From the NCBI GenBank assembly GCA_001783065.1, contig MFQN01000018.1, positions 1 through 51,006 of the forward strand: a stretch of DNA of 51,006 bases. The letters are read 5' to 3'. The notes under the pieces were generated by a model. It was not told the DNA's origin. It searched no databases and saw only the letters and a program-made list of their open reading frames with translations. The position numbers and the translations under genes are program-made. Origin of the DNA: Candidatus Magasanikbacteria bacterium RIFCSPLOWO2_12_FULL_43_12. Lineage in GTDB: Bacteria > Patescibacteriota > Patescibacteriia > Magasanikbacterales > UBA922. This document shows positions 37,351-47,725 of the stretch, piece after piece (within the stretch, counting starts at the first letter, position 1; every line of letters begins with the position of its first letter).

Positions 37351-40300
37351 TTAAAGACCATTAAGCGTATCTCTTGTCGCCTTGCCAACCACACCAGGAT
37401 ATGGCGATAGTTTATAGGCCTGCTGAAGCTTCACCACCGCCTCTTTTGTCTTGGCGCCGAAAGTGCCGGTCGGCTCAACAGAAAGATAACCAAGCGCTTT
37501 CAACTTTTCCTGCAATTTTGTCACTTCGGTCCCGCTGTCGCCTTGTTGCAAAGTCAAACTAAACTTATATACCCCGCTGTCTGTTTTTTTAACGCTCGCT
37601 GGCGCTGTCAATGTTTCGCCGTCAGCGTATGTTTCTTTACTATCAATCGTTACAATTCTATCCCAGCGGAAAGTCAGCGTGTTGAAGGCAGCCTCATCTT
37701 TGATATAACGTTTTACTTGTTTGGCCGCGTCTTTTGGATCCGGTTCCAGACGATAAACCTTGGCGCTATTTTTATACTTAATTAAAGTATAGCTCGGATG
37801 CTTGCTGATGTCGGTGATTTCTTCGCCTAACTGATATTTGGCCAACAAAGCTTCATCAATATCTTCAATCCAATTCCATTTATAACTCAAAGCATTAAAC
37901 ACATCTTCAGAAATAATCCAGTATTTCTTATCTCCCAACAACAGATAGACTTTCGGATCGCTTACTATTTTCACCAGCGCGCCGTATTTCGGATCATATT
38001 TCGGACCCCAAGGCATAAAGCCCAGAGTATCATTCTTCAGATTATTCAATTCCCCGGCGGTTACAGTTTTAACATCCGACCACGAAGTGAAGTAAGTGAA
38101 GAACACATTGGCTTTATTGAATGGGCGCTTGGCGCAATCCGGGGTGATATAAAATACCGCCGCCGAATTTTTCAATTTGTAAGCGCTGCCCGGAGCCAAT
38201 GAACAGGTAACGGTTGTTATTTTTTCAACAGCAGTAGATTTCTCCGCCGTCTTTTTTTCTTCTGCTGTAGCTTCAGAAATTACGGTAATGTCAACTGTTT
38301 TAATGGCAGTTGTTTCACCGCTAGCGCTGCGAAATTTTACATATATTTTCTTGGCGCCTAAACCACTGGATAAAGTATATTTCTTAGTGGAAGAATAGCT
38401 TTCCCACGCTACGCCAGAGAAATCCGCATTTTCCGAAATCGCCATCTGAACCGCGTTGGATACACTAAACTTCAAGGCGGCAATCTGGGAGCTCTTTGCG
38501 GCATCACCGTCTACTGAAACAGGAACAGCGCCGAGTACGGGTGGCGAGCTTGCTGAACCGCCGCCGCCAGCGCCGCCACTGCCAGCGCCAGTTGGTGTAG
38601 CGGCGTTGGAAGCAGAAGAAAGATCTGATTCCAAACCGCCGGTATCAGTCGCTGTAATTTTGTAATAGTAAGTAGTGCCATTAACAGCCGTTGAATCAGT
38701 GTAACTATTAGAAGTTGAAGACCCGAGCGACGAATAGGTGCCGGCGGGAGAAGTTGAACGATAAACATCGTAGCCTTGCAAGTCTCCTTCACTGCCGGCT
38801 GTCCAAGTTAAAGATACGGAATTATTACCCGCAACCGCTGCTACATTGGTTATAATACTTGGCGCCACGCCATCAGAAGGAACAATCGGATTAAACGATG
38901 AAAAGTGTGATGTTTGGCCGGTGTAAGCGACGGTTGACGCGCTTGTTGAAGGCTCAATAAATTTACCGCTTGAATCTTTGTAAGCAATCGTGGTCGGCAG
39001 AGTCTGCCAATTATCAGCGGTGTCGTCCCACGACCCCATCTGCACTTTGCCAAGCTTAGCCAGAGTTAACGTACCCAAAGCCGTAGTCATGTCGCTATTG
39101 GAATAACTGGCGCTCACAGCAACATCATCATTTAACAGTGTAACGGTATTGCCATCATTATCGTAACTATTAATCGTTTTAGCTTCTCCGCTAACCGGTG
39201 TTCCGGCATTGCCGCCAACCACATTTGATATTTCCTTATCATTCATGCTGTATGGATTCGCGGAACTGGATAAAGCGGCTTCAGATGCCTTAACCGAAGC
39301 GCCGGCGGAAGAGTCGTTCATTGAACCGCCATTTTGCGGCGTAACAGATTGGGAAGTTGAACCAGAAAGCGAAGTCGCGGTGGTAGACAACGTAATATTA
39401 ATACTGGACACATTCGCGCTGCTAACTGCCACTATTGAACCATGGGTGCTCTCTGTGTAACCATCGGCTGCAGCAGAAACTTTCCAATTGCCATTGATGA
39501 CTTTCAAAGAATATGTGCCGTCTGAACCAGTGGTGGCCGTCACTATCCCGCCGCCTAATTTTTCCGCGCGCACCGTAGCGCCGGAAGCGGCAGAAGAACC
39601 AGCGGTGATTGTTCCGGAAATAGTGTAGGCCGCGACAGTCATCGTGGTGGCTGAATCTGCCAAAGCTCCACTGGCGCTAACTGCGACGCTTGAAGCAGTG
39701 TCAATGTACCCGTCTTTGGTGGCGCTAATCAAATAAGTGGCGCTGGAAAGCTTCGTAGAATAATTGCCGCTTGTGTTGGCTTGCACATCCATCTTCTCGC
39801 CGGTTGAAGAATTTTCTAAATACACTGTCGCGTCAGGAACAGCATTACCAGCCGCATCTTTCACCGTGCCATTTACATAATTAAGAGCAGGTAATTTTAT
39901 ATTGATTGACTCGGTATTAGCGTCAATTTCAACTTTCCAATAACCTGTGGCCGCTGTAGAGGTGGCAAGCACGGTGTTACTATCAGCACCATACACAATT
40001 AAATTACTATCAGAAACTCCGGGGATGGTTACATCCAACAAATACATGTTAGTCGGATTAGTGCTAGTAACGGCGTTAAGAGCATTTGCCACATCGTATT
40101 GGTGTAAAGATATTGTGCTGGAAGCAGTGCCGCTAAACGATTCGGTCTTGTCGCTCTTGCCGCCAATTTGCATAAACTCCACCACTGCCTTCATACTGCT
40201 CGTGGCATTACCATCAGAATCCAAAATATTAATTGTCACCGCGCCGGTTTTTGGCGCAAGAATGTCATAAGGCACGGTGGTGACTGTTCCGGCGCCGCTA

Positions 40301-43300
40301 ACCACGACACTCTGCGTTGAAGAAGACATCTCACCTTGAATTGGCGAATATGCTTTCATAGTGTACGTGCCGGGCGGAAGTTTAAGAGTGGAACTGCCGT
40401 TTGTGTCGGTTATTCCGCTATTAACATAACTGACATTCTCGCCGCTATCACTGGTGTCGCCATCATTATTCAAGTCTCCGGTGGTACCCTCAACAATCAT
40501 TTGAACATTGCTGGTTCCTTCGCCAGAATCTAACACACCATCGGCATCGGTGTCATTTCCGACACTCTTTGTGACAGTGGCGTAATTAACCGAACTTGTG
40601 TTGGGCTCAAAGTTTTTTCCGCTGGAACTGGAGCCGCTGATCGTCACGGTTTGTTCCGGCAACTTGCCATAATCCGGAACAAATGCCTGCACTTTCCAGG
40701 TGCCATTAGCCACATACAATGTATAATTTCCGGAAGAATTAGTAAATGTTTCAGAGTGACCAGGACCATCTGTGCGATAAGCGCTTACTGGCGCGTTAGC
40801 CACTGGATTAGTGCCATCGGTCACTTGTCCGGAAATAGTATAAGATGGTTTGCTGATTGTGAGTATTAAACTGGCATTCGTCATGCTGGATAAAGCGATG
40901 CCAGTACTGGACCCATCAACAAACACCTTATCAGTACCGCCGTCATCCTTTACTAAAATCGAGCGTTCCACGCCCCCGGGCATGCCTGAAACACTAGCGC
41001 CAATCTTATACGTGCCATAAGACAAATTAATTGAACCTGTGCCATCAGCATTCGCCATTGTGTCATTTCCCGCGTTAGAAGCCGGCGAATAAGCGAATAC
41101 ATTAGCATTAGCAATCGCATTGCTGGAAGCGTCCTTAACGGAAAATTTGATTGTCTTGTTGGCGGCCGATACATTAAAGGTAAGAGTGGTAGGATTAGTG
41201 GCGCAGGCATCAGGACAGCCGCTCACCTGCACTTCTTGCGGTTTTGGCGGCATCCATGTCGTCGGCGCTGACGGACCGCCTTTGCCAAAAATCTCCGTGG
41301 ACATCTGCGGACCAAAACCAACCATCCAAACACCGTTAGCGTTTAATTTTATGCTATTACTTGTATCATTTGTTAATGCCCCATCAAGCGTAGAAGTGGT
41401 TTTTCTGAACGAACCGGGACCGCCGGCAAAAATATCAATCGCATTGTTGCTAAATGTGCCGCTGATACTCAAAGTCACAGAAACGCCGGTGGAAGCATCC
41501 ACAACCGTAAGATTTTTACTGCAGATATCAGATGAGCAATTTGTGGAATTAACATTGATCGACGCCGGAAAACCGGCGGTATAATTAGTAGCGCCGGATT
41601 TGGCAAACTGCTCTGCTCCTAACATATAATTGCCGGCAACTAAATTTTGGAACATAAATTCTCCGGTCTGACCATTGAAACGTCCGGTTGCGGTTGAAGT
41701 TGATTGCGGCCCGGTCATCGGCGACATTAAGAAAACATTGATACCGTTGATACCGCTCGCGCCAGCCAATACGCGGCCGCGCACCGTGAAGCTGCCGGCG
41801 GCAGACGTGAAGAAAGAACCGGAAGAAAGAGTTTCAAGAACTGTGCCATCAGCTTTCTTAGTGGTAACAGTGGCAGAATTTCCGCTCATACCGATTTTGG
41901 TGGCAGTAGTTGGATTTACAATCTGCGCGATATCTAAACGCAAGAAATCATGCTGATCTCCATCACCAGAAGTCAGATTACCAGTACCGCGGCGAGTAGC
42001 CACTGCTCCCAAAATAACTCTCACGATGCGTGAATCCGTATTTACTATTACACCATCGCTTGACGCCCCGCCAGTTGTCCAGCCAGATGGCAATGTGCCC
42101 TCGCTTGTGCCAAACACAACCACGCCCGAACCTGGCCCGTTCAAATCATTATTAGGCGGACTGTCTGTATCTTTTTTGGCGTTAGTGACATCGGCGCCAT
42201 CAGGGAAAGCGATATCAATAAACCCGGCGTTGGGAATTTGGTAAGACAACGGAATCTCCACTCCATAAATCGTGCTCACGTTGGCCATGGAATTAAACGG
42301 ATAAACTTTCACCCCCGGGGCAAAACCGATTCCGGATTCCATGAATGTGCCTACCATTGCCGGCGGTCCACCCATCATTCCGCCCTGCATCATATTGCCG
42401 CCAGCATCGAATTGCGGACCCATCATCCCCATACCGCCGCCCATAGTAAAACCGCCGGTTTTGGCGCTGGAGTACGCGGTGGTGGTCACTGCCGCGGTCG
42501 AATCAGCGGCGATATTATTGAAACTGATGTCCTTGACACCGCTAACGCTAATGTTTATCAAATTATTGGCGGCAATACCGGCAATACCATTCAAAGCCAC
42601 ACTGCGACTGGCCGCGTCATAAGTTATCGTAGCGGTTGAAGTGGCAATGGTCGCTTGCGTCGCGCCGGCGGAATTCACTAAATGAATAGTATAATTAGCC
42701 GGTTTCAAAACACTGCTCGCGTAATTAATATCGCTTGCCGAGACTGCCAACATCGGCTTAGAAAAAGCGATTTTCAACGCATAATCATTGGCTTGCGCGG
42801 AAACAACCGTAGGAGCAGAGGTATCGGCGCCGCCGGTAGTGAAAGTGCGCAAAAGTGTTGCGGCCATGGCATTACCGGCCAAATCTTGAACGCCGGTCGT
42901 AACTGTAATTGTATAAGTGCTGGTAGGAGTCAGAGAATAGTCTGGAACAAAAACAACCATCCAATTGTTGGGATCGTAAGTCAAATCGCCGGCAACTGCC
43001 GTGGAGCCTAATTTGAGAACTACGGACGTGTCAGTAACAGTGGACGGATTCATTGATTCAGAAAAACTAATAATAATCGGTTTTGCCGTGGAAATTCCGG
43101 TTGCGACATCCGCGGGAATGGTAGTGTCAACCGTCGGGGCGCTGGTATCGCCGGTGGCGCTGGCGCTGGTATCAAAATCAGCCTGATACTTTACACTGGT
43201 TAAATAACCAGATGTTCCCGGATTACCCAAAGGAATACCTTTGGCGGATTGTATTCCACCCAGCACCTCCACGCGATAATGAGAACTGACATCTAAATTA

Positions 43301-46176
43301 CTGGATGGAGTGATGATAATTATTTTATTACTGCTGTCAATACTATTTGTCGCTGTCACCAAACTCTTTGATTCATTGGAAGCAAAAGGATTGGTAACTT
43401 TATATAGTTTTACATTAGCCAAGTTGGCAGCAGAATTTTGCATTGCCTCGGAAAAAGTCACAAATACTTTGGTGTTGCGCGCCACACTTTGTTTGCCGGG
43501 AGCCGGCTGACTGCCGACCACATACGCTGGAAATGCGTTACCGGTGCCAAAAGTCGCGCCAATGTCTGAAATACTGCTATACATTCCCCCGCTGGTGGAA
43601 AACGGCAAAATATAATTACCTCCGGGACTGTTGCCCATCACCGGATTACCGGCAGAGTCTTTAACACCCTGCGTTAAAAATAAAGTATAATTCTTGCCGG
43701 ATGTTAACGCGGAAGTCGGAGTAAATTTAACCTGCGTGGCTGACCCGGCCGCAACCGAACCGGCAATATGAGTGCCGCTACCAGCTTCAGTCAAATACAC
43801 ATTGGCGGTGGTAAAAGTCGTGGTATCCACGGCTTTATCAAAATTAATCTCTATAGATGACACAATACCATCGCTTTTTAAAGTCGGGAAACCCATCATG
43901 CCTTGAGCTGGAAAAGAACTGGCCACTTTGGGCTGGGTAAAGTCACCACCCATGCCCATAGAGCCGCTGTACAAAGACAACGCGGGCAGAGAAACCAAAC
44001 CGGAAGAAGGAATGAAAAATGAAAGAGATTGGTCGCCATAACCATCTTTGGCGATTTTTAATTGAGCGCCGCCCATTGGTCCGACATTCGCAAAACTAAA
44101 AGTGCCGTCACTGCCAGTGGTCGCGGCAAATTGCGTGCCGTCAATCCAAACTGTAGCGCCGCTGACCGCCGCGCTGGAACTGTCATTAACCGTACCCATG
44201 ATTGACGCGCTACCCAAATTACCAGAACTCAAAACAGTGGCTAAGGCTTTACTTTGTTGCAAGGCCGCTGTCTGAATACCGGTGCCGGTAGTATCATAAG
44301 TATTAGCGTCAAAACCAGGATCATTGGTAATCACCTTGGTCTTCGCTGGCGAAGCAGAGTCAGTTGCCAGAATATAATATTTAAGAAGGGTCTTGCCGGT
44401 TCCCCAAGAAGTTGAAGTGGCGCTAAATTTATACCAGCTGGAACCGATATTCGTGCCATAAATCGGTGTTGACGACGCTGGAGTGCAAGTTGATGAATCA
44501 GTAACACAATAAATAAACTGGGTGTTTCCTGATGGAACATTGCCGCCATCGTCAAAAATTCTTGCGATTAAATTTAGAGTAGTATCAACGCTGGCTTTAA
44601 AAACCGGCGCGTGCTGAATACTGGGCGCTTGGTTATTAGCTCCTCCGTAAGATCCGCCGGTTGGATTTTCTGCCAAAGCAATACGGCTATTTTGCGATTC
44701 CGGCGTCGTCCGAGTCACAAAATCAAAATAATTATTTTGCGTATCAATGCCGTTGCCATTGGTGTCCGCCGACATACTCGCCGAAGTAGAATCATTAAAC
44801 GCCTTGCGTTCAATGGAGGTGCCATCATTGGCGCTTAAACCGCTGGCCGCGCTGCCTTCGCAGTTTGCTGATACGGCATGACTGCCCCAGCAAACCTTAT
44901 CCATCACCGCGGTAGAGCTGGCCGCGCTGTTGCTAATATAGGCCGCGCCGCCTGGTACTAAAGAAGCTACGGTGGAAGTGGAATAAACCGCGTCGGCCGT
45001 GGATGAAGCGGAAGAAGTGATCGGCGCAATTAGTAAAAATTTATGAGATGGAATATTCGGCACCACGCTTCCATCAAGAAAAGTCAAGGGAACATTAACA
45101 TCCATTGTGCCGGCGGCATTTACAAAATGCAACTTAACAGTAGAAGTGGCTATGCTTCCGCCGGAACGATTATATACTTCAATAAATTCATTATATTGGT
45201 CTGTCGCTGAACCGATTTTAATCTCTGAAATAGCCAAAGGCACAATCGCGCTCATAATAGAAAAAACAGTGATACCAGCATTAGATTTGCCAGAAGTATT
45301 TTTAACACCATTAGAAACTGTAACTGACCAAGTGCCATCTGACACCACGGTAGCCCCGGTAGTCAAACGAACAGATTTGTTATCCGGCAAAACCACAATA
45401 GAACTAATTGTCTGTGAAACACCCGAAGCATTCCTTAAAGTATAGTTAGCGGTTGACGTGGCATTGCCTGAATTCAGGTCTAAACTATCAGTAAAAGAAA
45501 CATCAACATTAGACGCATTAACAAAGGTAACTTTTTCAACGCTAAATCCGCTCCATCCGCTGCCACCGTCCCCGCCGAAAGATACCGTTCTGGAGCCGGT
45601 AATAGGCGTGACTGTCGGCGAATTGGCAGAGGTCGCAATGCCATCAGCCGCAAAATTGATATAAATTGAATCCCCGGCCGTCCAATTAGCCGCGGTTTTA
45701 ATGGCCACAAAAAAACTGGTCGGCAGAGCGCCATCAGCCGCCAAACTATTGTTGCTTCCGGTTGTAATCGTGGTGGCTGAACCAACATTAACCGAGGTCT
45801 GCGTGCCGGCAGAAGCATCGCTTTGCGGGTCAAAATAATTATTGCTGTTGCTATCTTTAAAAACCACCAGCTGGGAGATATGCGAAGCTAAAACCGCGTT
45901 ATTAGCCGGTATGGTGCTGGTAACGGTAACAGTAACACTGCTCAAAGTCTCACTGCCGCCAGAGCTTTTGTTTAAAGAAAAACGAAAGATTGGAATATCA
46001 TAGCTGCTAGCCATGACTGTCATTCCTCCACTCATCGGCAAGAGATCAAACGGACCGCTGGCCGTGACTGCCACCGCTTTGGCTGTCTGCGGAATTAACG
46101 CGGATAAACCCAATGACCAAAGAATAGTGGTAACGACCACAAACAACATTGAAAACTTTTTTAATTGTTTATACAT
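37351..46176 (-). CDS. Giant secreted cell-surface protein (~2940 aa): lamin-tail-like, Ig-like (Big_5) and carboxypeptidase-regulatory-like repeats, FnIII, C-terminal peptidoglycan-binding domain
   Basis: Signal peptide; ISEIK...NEFIEVYN (LTD-like); APTV...I.I.FSE.M (Big_5-like); ISG.V.DG...V..A.V repeats; VSLTW...GYDVYR...YYYKITA (FnIII); LQQGDSGTEVTKLQEKL...GTFGAKTKEAV..LQ (PG-binding). Confidence 0.85.
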   Translation of the reverse strand: MYKQLKKFSMLFVVVTTILWSLGLSALIPQTAKAVAVTASGPFDLLPMSGGMTVMASSYDIPIFRFSLNKSSGGSETLSSVTVTVTSTIPANNAVLASHISQLVVFKDSNSNNYFDPQSDASAGTQTSVNVGSATTITTGSNNSLAADGALPTSFFVAIKTAANWTAGDSIYINFAADGIATSANSPTVTPITGSRTVSFGGDGGSGWSGFSVEKVTFVNASNVDVSFTDSLDLNSGNATSTANYTLRNASGVSQTISSIVVLPDNKSVRLTTGATVVSDGTWSVTVSNGVKNTSGKSNAGITVFSIMSAIVPLAISEIKIGSATDQYNEFIEVYNRSGGSIATSTVKLHFVNAAGTMDVNVPLTFLDGSVVPNIPSHKFLLIAPITSSASSTADAVYSTSTVASLVPGGAAYISNSAASSTAVMDKVCWGSHAVSANCEGSAASGLSANDGTSIERKAFNDSTSASMSADTNGNGIDTQNNYFDFVTRTTPESQNSRIALAENPTGGSYGGANNQAPSIQHAPVFKASVDTTLNLIARIFDDGGNVPSGNTQFIYCVTDSSTCTPASSTPIYGTNIGSSWYKFSATSTSWGTGKTLLKYYILATDSASPAKTKVITNDPGFDANTYDTTGTGIQTAALQQSKALATVLSSGNLGSASIMGTVNDSSSAAVSGATVWIDGTQFAATTGSDGTFSFANVGPMGGAQLKIAKDGYGDQSLSFFIPSSGLVSLPALSLYSGSMGMGGDFTQPKVASSFPAQGMMGFPTLKSDGIVSSIEINFDKAVDTTTFTTANVYLTEAGSGTHIAGSVAAGSATQVKFTPTSALTSGKNYTLFLTQGVKDSAGNPVMGNSPGGNYILPFSTSGGMYSSISDIGATFGTGNAFPAYVVGSQPAPGKQSVARNTKVFVTFSEAMQNSAANLANVKLYKVTNPFASNESKSLVTATNSIDSSNKIIIITPSSNLDVSSHYRVEVLGGIQSAKGIPLGNPGTSGYLTSVKYQADFDTSASATGDTSAPTVDTTIPADVATGISTAKPIIISFSESMNPSTVTDTSVVLKLGSTAVAGDLTYDPNNWMVVFVPDYSLTPTSTYTITVTTGVQDLAGNAMAATLLRTFTTGGADTSAPTVVSAQANDYALKIAFSKPMLAVSASDINYASSVLKPANYTIHLVNSAGATQATIATSTATITYDAASRSVALNGIAGIAANNLINISVSGVKDISFNNIAADSTAAVTTTAYSSAKTGGFTMGGGMGMMGPQFDAGGNMMQGGMMGGPPAMVGTFMESGIGFAPGVKVYPFNSMANVSTIYGVEIPLSYQIPNAGFIDIAFPDGADVTNAKKDTDSPPNNDLNGPGSGVVVFGTSEGTLPSGWTTGGASSDGVIVNTDSRIVRVILGAVATRRGTGNLTSGDGDQHDFLRLDIAQIVNPTTATKIGMSGNSATVTTKKADGTVLETLSSGSFFTSAAGSFTVRGRVLAGASGINGINVFLMSPMTGPQSTSTATGRFNGQTGEFMFQNLVAGNYMLGAEQFAKSGATNYTAGFPASINVNSTNCSSDICSKNLTVVDASTGVSVTLSISGTFSNNAIDIFAGGPGSFRKTTSTLDGALTNDTSNSIKLNANGVWMVGFGPQMSTEIFGKGGPSAPTTWMPPKPQEVQVSGCPDACATNPTTLTFNVSAANKTIKFSVKDASSNAIANANVFAYSPASNAGNDTMANADGTGSINLSYGTYKIGASVSGMPGGVERSILVKDDGGTDKVFVDGSSTGIALSSMTNASLILTISKPSYTISGQVTDGTNPVANAPVSAYRTDGPGHSETFTNSSGNYTLYVANGTWKVQAFVPDYGKLPEQTVTISGSSSSGKNFEPNTSSVNYATVTKSVGNDTDADGVLDSGEGTSNVQMIVEGTTGDLNNDGDTSDSGENVSYVNSGITDTNGSSTLKLPPGTYTMKAYSPIQGEMSSSTQSVVVSGAGTVTTVPYDILAPKTGAVTINILDSDGNATSSMKAVVEFMQIGGKSDKTESFSGTASSTISLHQYDVANALNAVTSTNPTNMYLLDVTIPGVSDSNLIVYGADSNTVLATSTAATGYWKVEIDANTESINIKLPALNYVNGTVKDAAGNAVPDATVYLENSSTGEKMDVQANTSGNYSTKLSSATYLISATKDGYIDTASSVAVSASGALADSATTMTVAAYTISGTITAGSSAASGATVRAEKLGGGIVTATTGSDGTYSLKVINGNWKVSAAADGYTESTHGSIVAVSSANVSSINITLSTTATSLSGSTSQSVTPQNGGSMNDSSAGASVKASEAALSSSANPYSMNDKEISNVVGGNAGTPVSGEAKTINSYDNDGNTVTLLNDDVAVSASYSNSDMTTALGTLTLAKLGKVQMGSWDDTADNWQTLPTTIAYKDSSGKFIEPSTSASTVAYTGQTSHFSSFNPIVPSDGVAPSIITNVAAVAGNNSVSLTWTAGSEGDLQGYDVYRSTSPAGTYSSLGSSTSNSYTDSTAVNGTTYYYKITATDTGGLESDLSSASNAATPTGAGSGGAGGGGSASSPPVLGAVPVSVDGDAAKSSQIAALKFSVSNAVQMAISENADFSGVAWESYSSTKKYTLSSGLGAKKIYVKFRSASGETTAIKTVDITVISEATAEEKKTAEKSTAVEKITTVTCSLAPGSAYKLKNSAAVFYITPDCAKRPFNKANVFFTYFTSWSDVKTVTAGELNNLKNDTLGFMPWGPKYDPKYGALVKIVSDPKVYLLLGDKKYWIISEDVFNALSYKWNWIEDIDEALLAKYQLGEEITDISKHPSYTLIKYKNSAKVYRLEPDPKDAAKQVKRYIKDEAAFNTLTFRWDRIVTIDSKETYADGETLTAPASVKKTDSGVYKFSLTLQQGDSGTEVTKLQEKLKALGYLSVEPTGTFGAKTKEAVVKLQQAYKLSPYPGVVGKATRDTLNGL

Positions 46177-46370
46177 ACGCAAAATAAATTAGATAATTAT
46201 ATATGTATAAGATTTGCCCACTGCTTACCGGCCATTTAAAAACAGAGGACAAATCTTATGTGAATAATAAAACGGCCCGCAAAAGACCGCTTTTAAAAAG
46301 TGCTCTAAAATCCGTTCGTTTTGGACGAATGATTTCATTTCAGTTTGCTTACTATATTTCAACAGGGATA

Positions 46371-46913
46371 TTATACCACAAAGCCAGTTTTCTTTAACAC
46401 CTTTTTATCCACAGTCTTGCTGTCACTGCAATGCCGCAAAAATCCCGCTGAAACTCCACCTGTCAATGCCGCCGCCAGCGCGTCGGCCGCATCATCGGGT
46501 GTGATTTTTTTTTTGATTTTCAACAACATCCCGACCATCTTTTGCATCTGGCCCTTTTCCGCCCGGCCATAGCCGGTAACTGCCTGCTTAATTTGCAATG
46601 GCGTAAATTCATGCAAAGGCAAATCAGATTCTTTTATAGTGAGAATAATTACGCCTCTCGCCTGCCCCACTTTCATCGCGGTTTTGACATTTTTGGCAAA
46701 AAATAAATCCTCCACTGCCACGGCATCTGGTTTATATTTGTTAATTACCAATTTCAATTCGTCACGCAATTCGCACAGCCGGTCAACAAACGGGTCATTG
46801 ACCGATGTCTCAATGCACCCCCAAGCAACCGCCCGCCACTCGCCGGCAACTTTTTCTATCACACCCCAGCCGGTGCGGCCGAAACCTGGATCTATACCGA
46901 GAATCCTTTCCAT
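46371..46913 (-). CDS. ruvC: Holliday junction resolvase
   Basis: ILGIDPG, AVEDLFF, GQARGV, TGYGRAEK, DDAADALA. Confidence 0.97.
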   Translation of the reverse strand: MERILGIDPGFGRTGWGVIEKVAGEWRAVAWGCIETSVNDPFVDRLCELRDELKLVINKYKPDAVAVEDLFFAKNVKTAMKVGQARGVIILTIKESDLPLHEFTPLQIKQAVTGYGRAEKGQMQKMVGMLLKIKKKITPDDAADALAAALTGGVSAGFLRHCSDSKTVDKKVLKKTGFVV

Positions 46914-46987
46914 AATTTAAAAGGTAAAAATCAAAATGTAAAATTAGGCGAAACAAAACAATCATTTTTCATTTTGATTTTTACATT

Positions 46988-47722
46988 TTACATTTCGTTG
47001 GTGTACACTTCTCTCACATCTTCCAATTCGTCCAACAACTCACAAAACTCCTGAACTTTGACGCTATCCAGCTCTGATAATTCAACTGGCTCTTTGGCTA
47101 CCCATTCCAATCCGGAACTCTCCGGCTCCAAATAGTATTTTTTAATCACACCCATCATTTTCCGCAAGTTTTCCGCCGGACACTGTATCTCCAGCCCCAT
47201 TTCACTATCAACTAAATCGCTCGCCCCAGCGTCCATTAGCTCCAATTCAAATTCGGAATTTTTCATTTTGATTTTTTCATTTTGATTTTTACCAAGGCGC
47301 GCAACTCCGAGGCGTTGAAACTGCCACCTCACGCTTCCCGGCCCGCCCAAGGAACAATTAAATTTGCCAAACACATGCTTAATATCGGAAACCGTGCGAT
47401 TATTATTATCCGTAACTGCCTCAACCATTATCGCCGTACCTGCCGGTCCGAAACCCTCAAACAAAACCTCTTGCAAAGCGACACCGTCTGATAACTCGCC
47501 GGTGCCGCGCTTAATCGCCCGTTCAATATTTTCTTTTGGCATGTTAGCAGTTTTGGCCTTATCAATCGCGATGCGCAAAACAAAATTCATATCCGGATCG
47601 CTCCCACCCTGTTGGACCGCCACAGTAATCGCGCGCGCGGCTTTCGTAAACAAATTACTCCGCGCCTTGTCTGCCTTGCCCTTCTTGCCCTGTATATTGT
47701 GCCACTTAGAATGACCGCTCAT
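46988..47722 (-). CDS. yebC: YebC/PmpR family protein
   Basis: MSGHSKWHNI, NMPKENIERAIK, EGFGP, TDNNNRT. Confidence 0.95.
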   Translation of the reverse strand: MSGHSKWHNIQGKKGKADKARSNLFTKAARAITVAVQQGGSDPDMNFVLRIAIDKAKTANMPKENIERAIKRGTGELSDGVALQEVLFEGFGPAGTAIMVEAVTDNNNRTVSDIKHVFGKFNCSLGGPGSVRWQFQRLGVARLGKNQNEKIKMKNSEFELELMDAGASDLVDSEMGLEIQCPAENLRKMMGVIKKYYLEPESSGLEWVAKEPVELSELDSVKVQEFCELLDELEDVREVYTNEM

Positions 47723-47725
47723 AAG

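Noticed and set aside
37374-45833. Many short antisense or alternative-frame ORFs within the giant protein gene
   Set aside because: Expected shadows of a long Ser/Thr/Gly/Ala-rich frame; none has a recognisable motif.
46290-46350. c-di-GMP-I riboswitch upstream of the giant protein
   Set aside because: A GCAAAC...GAAA fragment is present but the rest of the consensus is not.
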